Source: an archaeon
Lineage (GTDB): Archaea > Iainarchaeota > Iainarchaeia > Iainarchaeales > Iainarchaeaceae
Assembly: GCA_035289485.1 (NCBI GenBank)
Contig: DATDXA010000014.1
Coordinates: 1-26,110 of the forward strand
Reading direction: 5' to 3'
DNA length: 26,110 nt
Made by a program: the position numbers and the translations under genes
Shown here: positions 1 through 8,272 of the stretch, in pieces
Numbering within the stretch: the stretch's first letter is position 1
Layout of the letters: the number at the start of each line of letters is the position of its first letter
The notes under the pieces: model-generated
Database searches by the model: none
Seen by the model: only the letters and a program-made list of their open reading frames with translations
Told to the model about the DNA's origin: nothing

Positions 1-806
1 CTGAATTCTTCCGGCGTATCTTCCGTGAACTTTTTCATTCCCTCGCGCGTGAGCCTGTGCCCCATAAGCTCTTTGAACACGCCAAATGGCATTGTTGCAA
101 TGTCCGCGCCAACAATTGCCGCTTCGCGAACCTGCCTAGCATTTCGCAGCGATGCCGCAAGCACTTCGCTTTTGATTCCGTAATGGCGGAAAATCTTTAC
201 AATCTGCGCCACAAGATCAATTCCTGAAACAACGCCGTTATCCTCAAGCATTTTTCCTTCGTGCTCAAAGCCATTGAGCGGGAAATAATCTTCCTTGCCA
301 AATTGCATTCCTGCTTCTTTGCGCAGCATGTCATCAATCCTTCCGGCAAAAGGGCTTACAAAATCGGCGCCGGCTTTTGCAGCGGCAAGCGCCTGTTCTG
401 GAGTGAAAATAAGTGTGCAATTAATCGGGATTTTTGCCGCATGAAGTTCCTTTATCGCTTTTATCCCTTCGAATTCTTTGCCGGTTTCGCCCTCAAATGA
501 GGTGTTCACTGGTATTTTGATGTAAACATTCTTTGCAACGGGGTTGAATTTCTTGTAGAGTTTTTTTCCCTGCGCAATCATTCCTTTAGAATCCAGTTCG
601 GTGACTTCAAGGCTCACCGGGGTTCCTTTCGCGGTTTTGAGCGCCTTTTTGATATAAGTTTCAAGGGTTATTTTTCCGCCGCGCGACTGCATATCCTCAA
701 CGGCTTTCTTCACAAGCGATGGGTTCATTGTAATCCCATCGCAAACGCCTGCTGCGTATGCGGATTCAATTTCTGAAAGTATCGCGGAATCAAGGAAGAA
801 TTTCAT
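1..806 (-). CDS. tal: Transaldolase (TalC/FSA-like short family), 3' end runs off the window
   Basis: Manual translation from ATG at 806: MKFFLDSA...GITMNPSL...VSLEV...VYIKIP...NCTLIFTPEQALAAAKAGADFVSPFAGRIDD...VLAASLR. It has the Schiff-base Lys (IKIP) and the Glu/Phe signature (SLEV, SPF) of transaldolase rather than FSA. Missing from the ORF track because it has no stop in the window. Confidence 0.92.
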   Translation of the reverse strand, partial: MKFFLDSAILSEIESAYAAGVCDGITMNPSLVKKAVEDMQSRGGKITLETYIKKALKTAKGTPVSLEVTELDSKGMIAQGKKLYKKFNPVAKNVYIKIPVNTSFEGETGKEFEGIKAIKELHAAKIPINCTLIFTPEQALAAAKAGADFVSPFAGRIDDMLRKEAGMQFGKEDYFPLNGFEHEGKMLEDNGVVSGIDLVAQIVKIFRHYGIKSEVLAASLRNARQVREAAIVGADIATMPFGVFKELMGHRLTREGMKKFTEDTPEEF

Positions 807-864
807 GTTTTCACTCTAGAATTGAATGGTGAATTGCTTAAAAAGGTGATTGACTTATTCAAAG

Positions 865-1659
865 TCAAAGTGCCTGTGCATTGCCAAGTTCCTGAAGCAA
901 ATGGCCAAGATGCTCAATGTAATGTCGAGATTTAGTTTTATCCGTGCCCTCCTTGATTAGGGCACTGAATGCGGAGGAAAGGGTGTCATTCCCCTCCCAT
1001 GTTTTGCCGGTCGCGTATAAACTTGCCGCTTTTTTTATGTAAGGTGTCACAATGGCTGCTGCACGGGCGAACTCTTTCTCTCTAAAGCCAACAGCATATA
1101 ATGCGTGGCTTGAAGCGAGCTCAAGATTAAGCGTGTCCAAAATTTGCCTGCTGATTAGTTTCTCTGCAAATTTTCCTTTATTTTCCATGGCTTTGGACAT
1201 TAATTTTTGAGTCAGGATTTCATTTTCAAGCTCGGCGTTATTCCTGATATACCTGCTCGCAAAAAAGTCACCCATTTCTGAAGCGAGTTTGGGGTTAATG
1301 TTAGAGCCAGCTGCAATAATCTTTTCAGAAATTAGGGCTGAAAGCGCAGCTTCCTGCTGCTCGATTTCCGTAATAGTGAAACTCCTTCCTGCCTGTTCCT
1401 TTGCGAAACTAACGGCTGATTTTTTTATGCCCTTTATTGTTTCCGGGGCAGGCATTTGATTGCCCTTGAACCTTGCTTCAAATTCTTCAGCAGCAATCAT
1501 TGCCGAAGCGACAAATCGCTGGATTGTGGCGTGTTTCATGAAACGATTAGCTTGCTGAGAATTTTCAGTGAGCGCCCTGAGTTTTTCGCGCCTTTTCGCC
1601 CTTAAATTGGCCACTTTTAATGCAATTTTTGATTTAGTTCCGCCTTTCAGAGTTGGCAT
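865..1659 (-). CDS. Hypothetical protein, helical, with Lys/Arg-rich N-terminus
   Basis: Open frame of 264 aa from ATG 1659 (MPTLKGGTKSK...). Minus-strand TTTTTATA at 1683-1690 lies about 25 nt upstream, consistent with a leaderless start rather than the track start at 1707. Confidence 0.7.
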   Translation of the reverse strand: MPTLKGGTKSKIALKVANLRAKRREKLRALTENSQQANRFMKHATIQRFVASAMIAAEEFEARFKGNQMPAPETIKGIKKSAVSFAKEQAGRSFTITEIEQQEAALSALISEKIIAAGSNINPKLASEMGDFFASRYIRNNAELENEILTQKLMSKAMENKGKFAEKLISRQILDTLNLELASSHALYAVGFREKEFARAAAIVTPYIKKAASLYATGKTWEGNDTLSSAFSALIKEGTDKTKSRHYIEHLGHLLQELGNAQAL

Positions 1660-1736
1660 GCAAAAAATAATACTCTTTGAGGTATAAAAAGAATTGCCCT
1701 GCCACACTCAATATATGTGCAAATTGCTAGCGCAAT

Positions 1737-2348
1737 TCACTTCTTTGCCTTGTTAAAAAGTTCCTCAACCTTGGCCCAGTTTATCACGCTAAAGAACTGC
1801 TCCAGATAATCCGCGCGCTTGTTCTGGTACTTGAGATAGTATGCGTGTTCCCACACATCGACCCCTAGCACAACCTGCTTTCCCTGTGAAATCGGGTTGT
1901 CCTGATTCGGGGTTGAGATAACTTCAAGCTTCCCGTTTGAAACAGCAAGCCATGCCCATCCGGAACCAAACTGGTTTAATCCCGCGTTCTTGAATTTTTC
2001 CTTGAACGCATCAAATGAGCCGAAGTCCTTGTCGATTGCCGCCGCAATTTCTCCTGCCGGCTTTCCGCCGGCTTTCGGAGCCATCATTTCCCAGAAAAGG
2101 GCATGATTGTAGTGGCCTCCGCCGTTGTTTCGAACAGCGTTGCGGATTGATTCGGGTATAGCGTTTATATTTGATAGGAGCGACTCAATTGATTTGTTCC
2201 TGTATTCGGTATTGCCGTCAAGCGCTGTATTGACCTTGTCAATATATGCAAAATGGTGCTTGTCGTGATGTATTCTCATTGTCTGCTCGTCAATGTATGG
2301 CTCGAGTGCATTATACGCGTACGGCAGTTTCGGTAGATCAAATGGCAT
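1737..2348 (-). CDS. sod: Fe/Mn superoxide dismutase (Mn-type signature)
   Basis: LPKLPYAYNALEP, HHDKHH, NNGGGHYNH, FGSGWAW, NQD and DVWEHAYY motifs; GGAGG RBS upstream. Confidence 0.97.
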   Translation of the reverse strand: MPFDLPKLPYAYNALEPYIDEQTMRIHHDKHHFAYIDKVNTALDGNTEYRNKSIESLLSNINAIPESIRNAVRNNGGGHYNHALFWEMMAPKAGGKPAGEIAAAIDKDFGSFDAFKEKFKNAGLNQFGSGWAWLAVSNGKLEVISTPNQDNPISQGKQVVLGVDVWEHAYYLKYQNKRADYLEQFFSVINWAKVEELFNKAKK

Positions 2349-2442
2349 TTGGGAATTCCTCCTAAAGATAATCCAAATCTTAAGCTATTTAAAGGTCAAA
2401 TGTTTTTTAAGGGTAAGCTAAACATTAAATCGAATTTCCAGC

Positions 2443-2814
2443 CTAATTTAGCCATGGTTTTGCAGTGCCTTCGCGAACTAGCCTTACTTTCCTGGCCTTT
2501 TCTTCTGTTTTCATCATATTAATTTGCTTGGTTAATGAGCCAAGCATAGTTCTGATTTCTTTTAATCCCTCAACTTCTCCAAATCCCATTCTTTCCCTTA
2601 ATGCAAATTCTTTGGCCAACTGTTTCCACTCATTTTTTATCTCCACTAACTTTTTGATATCCATCTTTTCCGGATAGCGGTACATTAGCGTCAACCTTGA
2701 AACCATTTCACGGGAGATTGATGGCTTATGTTCTGCAGCGGCCCTCACAGTTGCAAGCCTGCGTTCCATTGCCATTTTCACAAGCCGTTTGTCACTAAAT
2801 ATGCCTTTTCTCAT
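2443..2814 (-). CDS. Hypothetical basic, coiled-coil-like protein
   Basis: 123-aa ORF whose ATG overlaps the TGA of the upstream metallopeptidase gene (ATGA overlap at 2811-2814). Confidence 0.6.
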   Translation of the reverse strand: MRKGIFSDKRLVKMAMERRLATVRAAAEHKPSISREMVSRLTLMYRYPEKMDIKKLVEIKNEWKQLAKEFALRERMGFGEVEGLKEIRTMLGSLTKQINMMKTEEKARKVRLVREGTAKPWLN

Positions 2815-3194
2815 TTTACAAGCACCTGCATATTTGCATATCTCTCAAGTTCGGCCTTCACATTCTGCGAGCACACATGGTCATGGTGCCGAAAGCCACC
2901 TCCAAAAGTGCGCGGGATGTGCATGAGCTCATGGATTATTGTTTCGAGCTGCTCTTTTTGCGGCTGCCTGTCAAACTTTTCAGTGATCAGTTCAATCACA
3001 TAAAAGCTCTTTTTGTGCCCCATTCCAAGCATCATCACTTTTCCGATGCAGTGAATGCGCGCAATTGTGCGCCTCGTTTTCGAGCCCCAGCTGCGAACAA
3101 CCGTGAGCCGATCTGGCATTACCCACTTATAACCGAGTGTTTTTGCAATTTCGTGCGATTTTGCTGTCCAATCAGGGTCAAATGCGTATTTCAC
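2811..3194 (-). CDS. Putative zinc metallopeptidase (archaeal COG4900-like, HExxH)
   Basis: RSWGSKTRRTIARIH, YVIELITEKFD and IIHELMHIPRTFGGGFRHH motifs. A GTG start at 3194 (VKYAFDP) avoids overlap with the divergent nth. Confidence 0.8.
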   Translation of the reverse strand: MKYAFDPDWTAKSHEIAKTLGYKWVMPDRLTVVRSWGSKTRRTIARIHCIGKVMMLGMGHKKSFYVIELITEKFDRQPQKEQLETIIHELMHIPRTFGGGFRHHDHVCSQNVKAELERYANMQVLVK

Positions 3195-3247
3195 GCAATG
3201 AATAGTGCTGTTTACAATAAAATCCTTTTCCCTGCAAAGTGGTACTG

Positions 3248-3877
3248 ATGCAAAAGCTTTCAGCAAAACAGAAAATGGCAATAAAACAGCTCATGGAACT
3301 GCACGCAAAAAGCTCGAAAATGAGGCTTGCCGCAGAGGGTTGGGGCGCGGATTGGAAAACGCTCATCACAACAATGATGTCAGCGCAGTCGCGTGACGAG
3401 ACAACAATCCCAATCGCAGCGCAGCTTTTTGAAAAATATTCAAATTTGCAAAGCCTCTCGCGCGCAAAATTTCAGGATGTGCTTGAAATTTTCAAAAGCC
3501 TCAACTACAACCGCAGCAAGGCAAGGCATGTGATTGCGTGCGCAAAAATGCTTGCGGAAAACCACGGCGGCGAGGTTCCCCACGATTTTGAAAAGCTTAT
3601 TGCGCTTCCGGGGGTTGGCAGGAAAACCGCAAATGTATTCCTCTCAGAGGCAGGGCATGATGCAATTGGAATTGATACTCACGCGGCATATATTTCCCAA
3701 AAACTTGGCTGGACAAAAAACAAGCGCTCCGCGCCGCACAAAATTGAAGAGGACTTAAAGGGGCTTTTCCCCAAAAAATACTGGAAAAATGTGAATCCCG
3801 TGCTTGTACGCTTTGGGAAGACGCACACGAGCAGAAAGAAAAAGGACGCCATTCTAGAGAAGATAAAACGCGGTTAA
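3248..3877 (+). CDS. nth: Endonuclease III (HhH-GPD DNA glycosylase/AP lyase) lacking the C-terminal 4Fe-4S motif
   Basis: LITTMMSAQSRD, HhH motif LPGVGRKTAN (catalytic Lys) and IDTH (catalytic Asp). No Cys cluster at the C-terminus. Confidence 0.9.
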   Translation: MQKLSAKQKMAIKQLMELHAKSSKMRLAAEGWGADWKTLITTMMSAQSRDETTIPIAAQLFEKYSNLQSLSRAKFQDVLEIFKSLNYNRSKARHVIACAKMLAENHGGEVPHDFEKLIALPGVGRKTANVFLSEAGHDAIGIDTHAAYISQKLGWTKNKRSAPHKIEEDLKGLFPKKYWKNVNPVLVRFGKTHTSRKKKDAILEKIKRG

Positions 3878-3890
3878 TTGACAATTTGAT

Positions 3891-4145
3891 TTATGGTTTG
3901 GCATATGCATTTTTTCTGTGTTTCACGCTGAGCAGGGCAATTTGCTTTTCCGGAAATGATATTTTTGCAATTATCCTGTATGCACCAACGCGCAGCTTGA
4001 AAAGCGGAGCTCCAGTAAGCCCCTCGAAATACAATCTCGGATTTTCTGCGCTGAGAAGCAGTTTTTCTTCAATTCTTTTCTGCACGGTATTTTCGAGCTT
4101 GCGCATTTCCTTTGCAAAGGTATCGGTTGCGATTAGCCTGAACAA
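3891..4145 (-). CDS. relE: RelE/ParE-family type II toxin
   Basis: 84 aa basic protein with FKLRVGAYRII and VKHRKNAY; TTG start with GGAGG RBS, directly after the antitoxin stop. Confidence 0.88.
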   Translation of the reverse strand: MFRLIATDTFAKEMRKLENTVQKRIEEKLLLSAENPRLYFEGLTGAPLFKLRVGAYRIIAKISFPEKQIALLSVKHRKNAYAKP

Positions 4146-4379
4146 CTAATGCCTCCATTTTTTTATGCCTTCTTCAAAGGGATGCACCCTGCCGGCTTTT
4201 ATGTCCTTAATGGAATCCTCTATCTGCTTTATTTCATCTTGGTCAAGTGCGGGCTCATTTTCGGCAATATTTATAAGCCTGCCAATTACCGTTTCATAAG
4301 ATTCCTTTTCATGGCTTTTCATGAGTGCGAGCCTCCTTTTTAGGGGGCTGCTTATCCTTATCATGGATTCTGATGGCAT
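4146..4379 (-). CDS. Cognate antitoxin of the RelE toxin (RHH-like N-terminus, acidic C-terminus)
   Basis: IRISSPLKRRLALMK...ESYETVIGRLI, then DEIKQIEDSIKDIKAGRV; AGGTGA RBS before ATG 4379; abuts the toxin gene. Confidence 0.8.
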   Translation of the reverse strand: MPSESMIRISSPLKRRLALMKSHEKESYETVIGRLINIAENEPALDQDEIKQIEDSIKDIKAGRVHPFEEGIKKWRH

Positions 4380-4391
4380 CTGTATCACCTA

Positions 4392-4418
4392 GTATACGTG
4401 TGTATACATGAATATAAA
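4392..4418 (-). promoter_or_regulatory. TA promoter with palindromic operator GTATAC-N4-GTATAC
   Basis: GTATAC at 4392-4397 and 4402-4407 lie between a minus-strand TTTATATT box (4411-4418) and the RBS. Confidence 0.6.
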
Positions 4419-4501
4419 ATGTTTACTGCAATGAATTTTTGGGGCAATGCGCCTCTTGGATGAAGTATTGCAATAAGCAAAGCCGATCCGCACCAAAAGC
4501 C

Positions 4502-4524
4502 TTTATAATCTTAACACGCGTTAA
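4502..4524 (+). promoter_or_regulatory. TATA box and adjacent inverted repeat upstream of the Fe-S operon
   Basis: TTTATAAT at 4502-4509 followed by TTAAC-ACGC-GTTAA at 4511-4524. Confidence 0.5.
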
Positions 4525-4562
4525 ATACCTATAAAATGACCTTTTTTGGAGGGTTAGTGACG

Positions 4563-5156
4563 ATGGAAACAACAAAGCATGAGCACAAGCACGAAGCGCA
4601 TACAGAAGCCGAAGGCCAGCTCATTACTAAGGATATGACAATAGGTGAAGTTGTCGCGCGCTACCCCGAAACAGCAGAAATTATGCTTGGATACGGCCTG
4701 CACTGCATAGGCTGCCATGTGAACCCATATGAGAGCATTGAAGCTGGCGCAATGGGGCATGGGATGCAGCCCGCAACGATTGAGCAGCTTCTAAAGGATA
4801 TGAATGAGGCCGTTGCCGGCGCGGGTTCTGATAAGGACATTGCGCTTTCAGATGCCGCGGTAAAGAAGTTTTCAGAGCTAATGGAAAAAGAGGGCAAAAC
4901 AGGCTGGGGACTTAAGTTTTCAGTAGAGCCCGGCGGATGCGCGGGTTATAATTATTCAATGGATTTTGCGCAAGCACCTGAAGCTTCTGAAAAAACCGTT
5001 GATGAAAAGGGAATGAAAATTTTTGTGGACAAGGAAATACTACCCATGATAAAGGGCGTTAGAATTGATTTCACAGACGGCCTCAATGGCACGGGGTTTA
5101 AGATTTCAAACCCTAATGCCAAATCAACCTGCGGCTGTGGAAAATCTTTCCACTAA
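4563..5156 (+). CDS. iscA: DUF1858 domain fused to an A-type Fe-S carrier (IscA/HesB/ErpA)
   Basis: N-terminal ITKDMTIGEVV...GLHCIGC...HG (DUF1858-like); C-terminal GGCAGYNY and NPNAKSTCGCGKSF (A-type carrier Cys motifs); His-rich N-tail; GGAGG RBS before ATG 4563. Confidence 0.9.
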   Translation: METTKHEHKHEAHTEAEGQLITKDMTIGEVVARYPETAEIMLGYGLHCIGCHVNPYESIEAGAMGHGMQPATIEQLLKDMNEAVAGAGSDKDIALSDAAVKKFSELMEKEGKTGWGLKFSVEPGGCAGYNYSMDFAQAPEASEKTVDEKGMKIFVDKEILPMIKGVRIDFTDGLNGTGFKISNPNAKSTCGCGKSFH

Positions 5157-5177
5157 TATTTCATAGGCTTTTTCTTT

Positions 5178-6056
5178 ATGCCAATCCAGATACTTCCTGC
5201 TGAAAATTCTAAAAGCGCGCCGCACGCGCGCCCACTGCCACATAACAATTCTGCGCAAAATACCCCTGGCAATTCAAGTGCAATGGCAAGGCCAGCGCAG
5301 CCAAATCCATTCCAGGCGCAAAGAAATTTGGTTGAAAAAAACCTGGAGAATGTAAACAAAGTAATTGCAATCCACTCAGGGAAAGGCGGAGTTGGGAAAT
5401 CTTTTTTTGCGGTAAATTTGGCGGCAAGCCTTGCGCAGTCCGGTTTCAAGGCAGGGTTAATTGATGCCGATGTCGATTGCCCTTCGTGCCACAAGCTTTT
5501 GGGGCAAACCGCAAGGGCGATGGCAGATGAGAATCAGCGCCTGCAGCCTCTAGAGTCTCACGGGATAAAATTTCTCTCCGTTGGAAATATGGTTGATAAT
5601 GAAAACTCGGCGCAAATAATGCGCGGGCCGATAATGTTCAAGCTGATTTCTGAAATGCTCTACAAGGCAAATTGGGGCACTTTGGATTATCTCATAATTG
5701 ATTTGCCTCCCGGAACTGGGGATAATCCGCTTACAATAATGCAGATTGCGCCGCTTGAGGGAATGATTGTTGTTACGCAGCCGCAGGAAGTTGCGCTTGT
5801 GGATGCTCGCAAGAGCGCTGACATGGCAAAGCGCATGGATATTCCTGTTCTTGGAATTGTTGAGAATATGTCGGGAGACGTTTTCGGCTCGGGAGGGGCG
5901 GAAGCGGCAGCGAAAACTCTCGAAGTGAAATTTCTTGGAAGCATACCGCTTCAGAAAAACATACGCGAGCTCTCGGATAGGGGAATCCCGCCAGTGATTG
6001 AAGACAAGTCGCTTCTTGCACTATTTGAGGGAATTTCGGAAAATGCTGGGTTGTGA
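5178..6056 (+). CDS. mrp: Mrp/ApbC/NBP35 P-loop ATPase (Fe-S carrier)
   Basis: SGKGGVGKS deviant Walker A, DAD, RGP, WGTLDYLIIDLPPGTGD, VVTQPQ and LGIVENMS motifs. Confidence 0.93.
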   Translation: MPIQILPAENSKSAPHARPLPHNNSAQNTPGNSSAMARPAQPNPFQAQRNLVEKNLENVNKVIAIHSGKGGVGKSFFAVNLAASLAQSGFKAGLIDADVDCPSCHKLLGQTARAMADENQRLQPLESHGIKFLSVGNMVDNENSAQIMRGPIMFKLISEMLYKANWGTLDYLIIDLPPGTGDNPLTIMQIAPLEGMIVVTQPQEVALVDARKSADMAKRMDIPVLGIVENMSGDVFGSGGAEAAAKTLEVKFLGSIPLQKNIRELSDRGIPPVIEDKSLLALFEGISENAGL

Positions 6057-6060
6057 TTGT

Positions 6061-6330
6061 ATGGTTGATCCACTATTAATTGGCTCGGCTGCCGGGTTTT
6101 TCACAACAATTGCAGCGCTTCCGCAGCTACTAAAAGCATACAAAACAAAATCCACCAAAGATATTTCAGAGCCAATGCTCATAATCACCTGCCTTGGTGT
6201 TTTTCTCTGGCTATCATACGGCCTTCTGCGCAGTGATTTGCCGCTTATAATTGCAAACATTTTCACATTCACTTTCTGGTTTCTGATATTCGCGCTCAAA
6301 TTCAAGTATGACGGCCTTAGTTTCCTGTGA
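6061..6330 (+). CDS. SemiSWEET / PQ-loop family transporter
   Basis: 89 aa with three hydrophobic helices; TTIAALPQLLKAYKTKSTKDIS, LWLSYG and PLIIAN motifs; ATG 6061 immediately follows the mrp stop. Confidence 0.88.
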   Translation: MVDPLLIGSAAGFFTTIAALPQLLKAYKTKSTKDISEPMLIITCLGVFLWLSYGLLRSDLPLIIANIFTFTFWFLIFALKFKYDGLSFL

Positions 6331-6397
6331 TAATTCGGCTCCCGCATATAACCATTTAAAACTCTTGCATGGATTATTTCCCTAAAACGGTGCCCAA

Positions 6398-7096
6398 ATG
6401 AAAGTGAAAATGAAGCTAACTGAGAGCAAGCCTGAAACACATGACACGCACACGTTAAGGTTTGAATCTGCCGAGCGGCCGGATTTCAAGCCGGGGCAGT
6501 TTTTCATGATTGAGTTCATGCGCACGGAAAAAATACCAAAGCGCTCCTACTCGGTTGCTTCCTCTCCTACAAAAAAGGGAATTCTTGAGCTCACGGTAAA
6601 GCAAATGCCAGATGGCTGGATTTCAAAGCTTCTAAATGAGGCAAAGCCCGGTGAAGAGTTCATGCTCGATGGCCCTTGGGGGCATTTTATTTTCGACCCG
6701 GCAAAGATGCAGAATATAATTCTTCTTTCTGCAGGCTCAGGAATTGCGCCCTTCAGGGGATTTTGCCAGTTCATAATCGATAATAAGCTCTCTACAAAAG
6801 TTACGCTGGCTTACAGCAACAAAACAGAAGAGGACATAATCTGCAAACAGGATTTGGTGGAATTTGCAAAGCAAATCAGGGGAATGGAGCTTATTCTCAC
6901 GCTTTCGCGCGAGCAAAAGGAAGGCTACCGTTCCGGAAGGATTGATGATGCCGCAATCAAGGATATCATCTCAAGGCGCGGGGCGGATGCTTACTATTTT
7001 ATCTGCGGCCCTCCGGTGATGGTTGCGGATACGGAAAAGCTGCTTTTGGAAAATGGGATTCTCAAGGAAAGGATAAAGACCGAGAAGTACGGGTAA
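6398..7096 (+). CDS. FAD/NAD(P)-binding ferredoxin-NADP reductase-family oxidoreductase
   Basis: FKPGQF, RSYSVAS, GWIS, GPWGHF, AGSGIAPF and YFICGPPVM motifs, ending in EKYG. Confidence 0.92.
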   Translation: MKVKMKLTESKPETHDTHTLRFESAERPDFKPGQFFMIEFMRTEKIPKRSYSVASSPTKKGILELTVKQMPDGWISKLLNEAKPGEEFMLDGPWGHFIFDPAKMQNIILLSAGSGIAPFRGFCQFIIDNKLSTKVTLAYSNKTEEDIICKQDLVEFAKQIRGMELILTLSREQKEGYRSGRIDDAAIKDIISRRGADAYYFICGPPVMVADTEKLLLENGILKERIKTEKYG

Positions 7097-7100
7097 AATT

Positions 7101-7595
7101 TCATTCACCAACAAATCTGATTTTGATTTTCTTTGCCCGCCTCGCATTTTTGAAGTAAACATATAATGTGGAAGGCGCAACCTTTTTCCCGATTTTTTCC
7201 GCAATGGCAGTGTTCAGCTCGCTCACTTTTACGGTCTGCTTGCCCGCCTTTTCCAGGCCAAGCAGGATTTTTTCAAGAAGCTGCGGCAAACCTGGATATC
7301 TCACATTATGCCTGCCGCCTCTTGTAAACCTTGCCCCAATCTCTTGCGAAATTGCCGCCGAGAGTGTACTAATCGTGGAAGTATGCACCCCGTATTTTTT
7401 AGCCAATTTCTGCGCAGGCAATTGTATGGGCTTGCCCTCCTGCCTCTGCTTTGCTATAATGTCATGCGCCTCGGCGAGCAGGAGCTTTCTAATCAGTGGC
7501 TGATTTCCTTTCATGTGAGGGTTCAATCCTTGAGGGAGCTTTTGCACCCCGCCCTGTGGCTGCCCATGCATCCATGCCGCAGTTTTCTTGCGCAT
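7101..7595 (-). CDS. Hypothetical basic protein, possibly with tandem HTH DNA-binding domains
   Basis: AQKLAKKYGVHTSTISTL and VSELNTAIAEKIGKKVAPSTLYVYF resemble HTH motifs. ATG 7595 lies about 25 nt from the TATA element at 7619-7626. Confidence 0.6.
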   Translation of the reverse strand: MRKKTAAWMHGQPQGGVQKLPQGLNPHMKGNQPLIRKLLLAEAHDIIAKQRQEGKPIQLPAQKLAKKYGVHTSTISTLSAAISQEIGARFTRGGRHNVRYPGLPQLLEKILLGLEKAGKQTVKVSELNTAIAEKIGKKVAPSTLYVYFKNARRAKKIKIRFVGE

Positions 7596-7618
7596 ATAGG
7601 AAGGATAATTGCCCAAGA

Positions 7619-7626
7619 TTTATATA
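7619..7626. promoter_or_regulatory. Bidirectional TATA box shared by scpB and the divergent HTH-like gene
   Basis: TTTATATA sits 24-26 nt from both ATG 7595 (-) and ATG 7652 (+). Confidence 0.5.
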
Positions 7627-7651
7627 TTCCTTCTGACTTCTATTCACTTGC

Positions 7652-8239
7652 ATGGACAAGAAAGAGGCAAAAAGGGTGATTGAAGCGGCGCTCTTCACAT
7701 CCCCTGGCGCGGTTTCCATAAAGGAGATTTCCGCCATCATAAATGTCAATGTCGCAGAAACGCGCATCATTGTAAATGAACTGATTCATGATTACGAGGC
7801 AAAGGACACGGCCCTTGAAATCCGCGATGAGGCGGAAGGGATAAGGATGACGGTAAAGGAAAAATATGAATCTCATGTTTCGCACATGGCGGCGGCGCCA
7901 GAGCTTCACAAGGGAATGATGAAAACGCTTGCGTATATCGCATACAAGCAGCCTGTGAAGCAATCAGAGGTAATAAATTTCAGAAACAGCAAAGCGTATG
8001 AGCACATAAAGATGCTGCGCGAGAAGGGCTTTATTCGAAAAGAAAAGAAAGGAATCACATTCGTGCTCTACACAACCCCGAAGTTCAGGGAATATTTCGG
8101 AAAAGATGCAGGGAAAGCGCCGGCACAGAACCTGCCGCAGGCAAAGAAGGAAGATGCCGCGCAGGATTCTGCAAATGAAGATGCGGAAGAAAATTCAGTT
8201 GAAGACAATCCGGACGAATCAAAGCCTAATGCGGAATAA
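7652..8239 (+). CDS. scpB: SMC-ScpAB complex subunit ScpB
   Basis: VIEAALF, KTLAYIAYKQPVKQSEV and LYTTPKFREYFG motifs; acidic low-complexity C-tail. Confidence 0.92.
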   Translation: MDKKEAKRVIEAALFTSPGAVSIKEISAIINVNVAETRIIVNELIHDYEAKDTALEIRDEAEGIRMTVKEKYESHVSHMAAAPELHKGMMKTLAYIAYKQPVKQSEVINFRNSKAYEHIKMLREKGFIRKEKKGITFVLYTTPKFREYFGKDAGKAPAQNLPQAKKEDAAQDSANEDAEENSVEDNPDESKPNAE

Positions 8240-8272
8240 AATTTCCTGTTTCAAAAAATTTGTTTTAATTTT

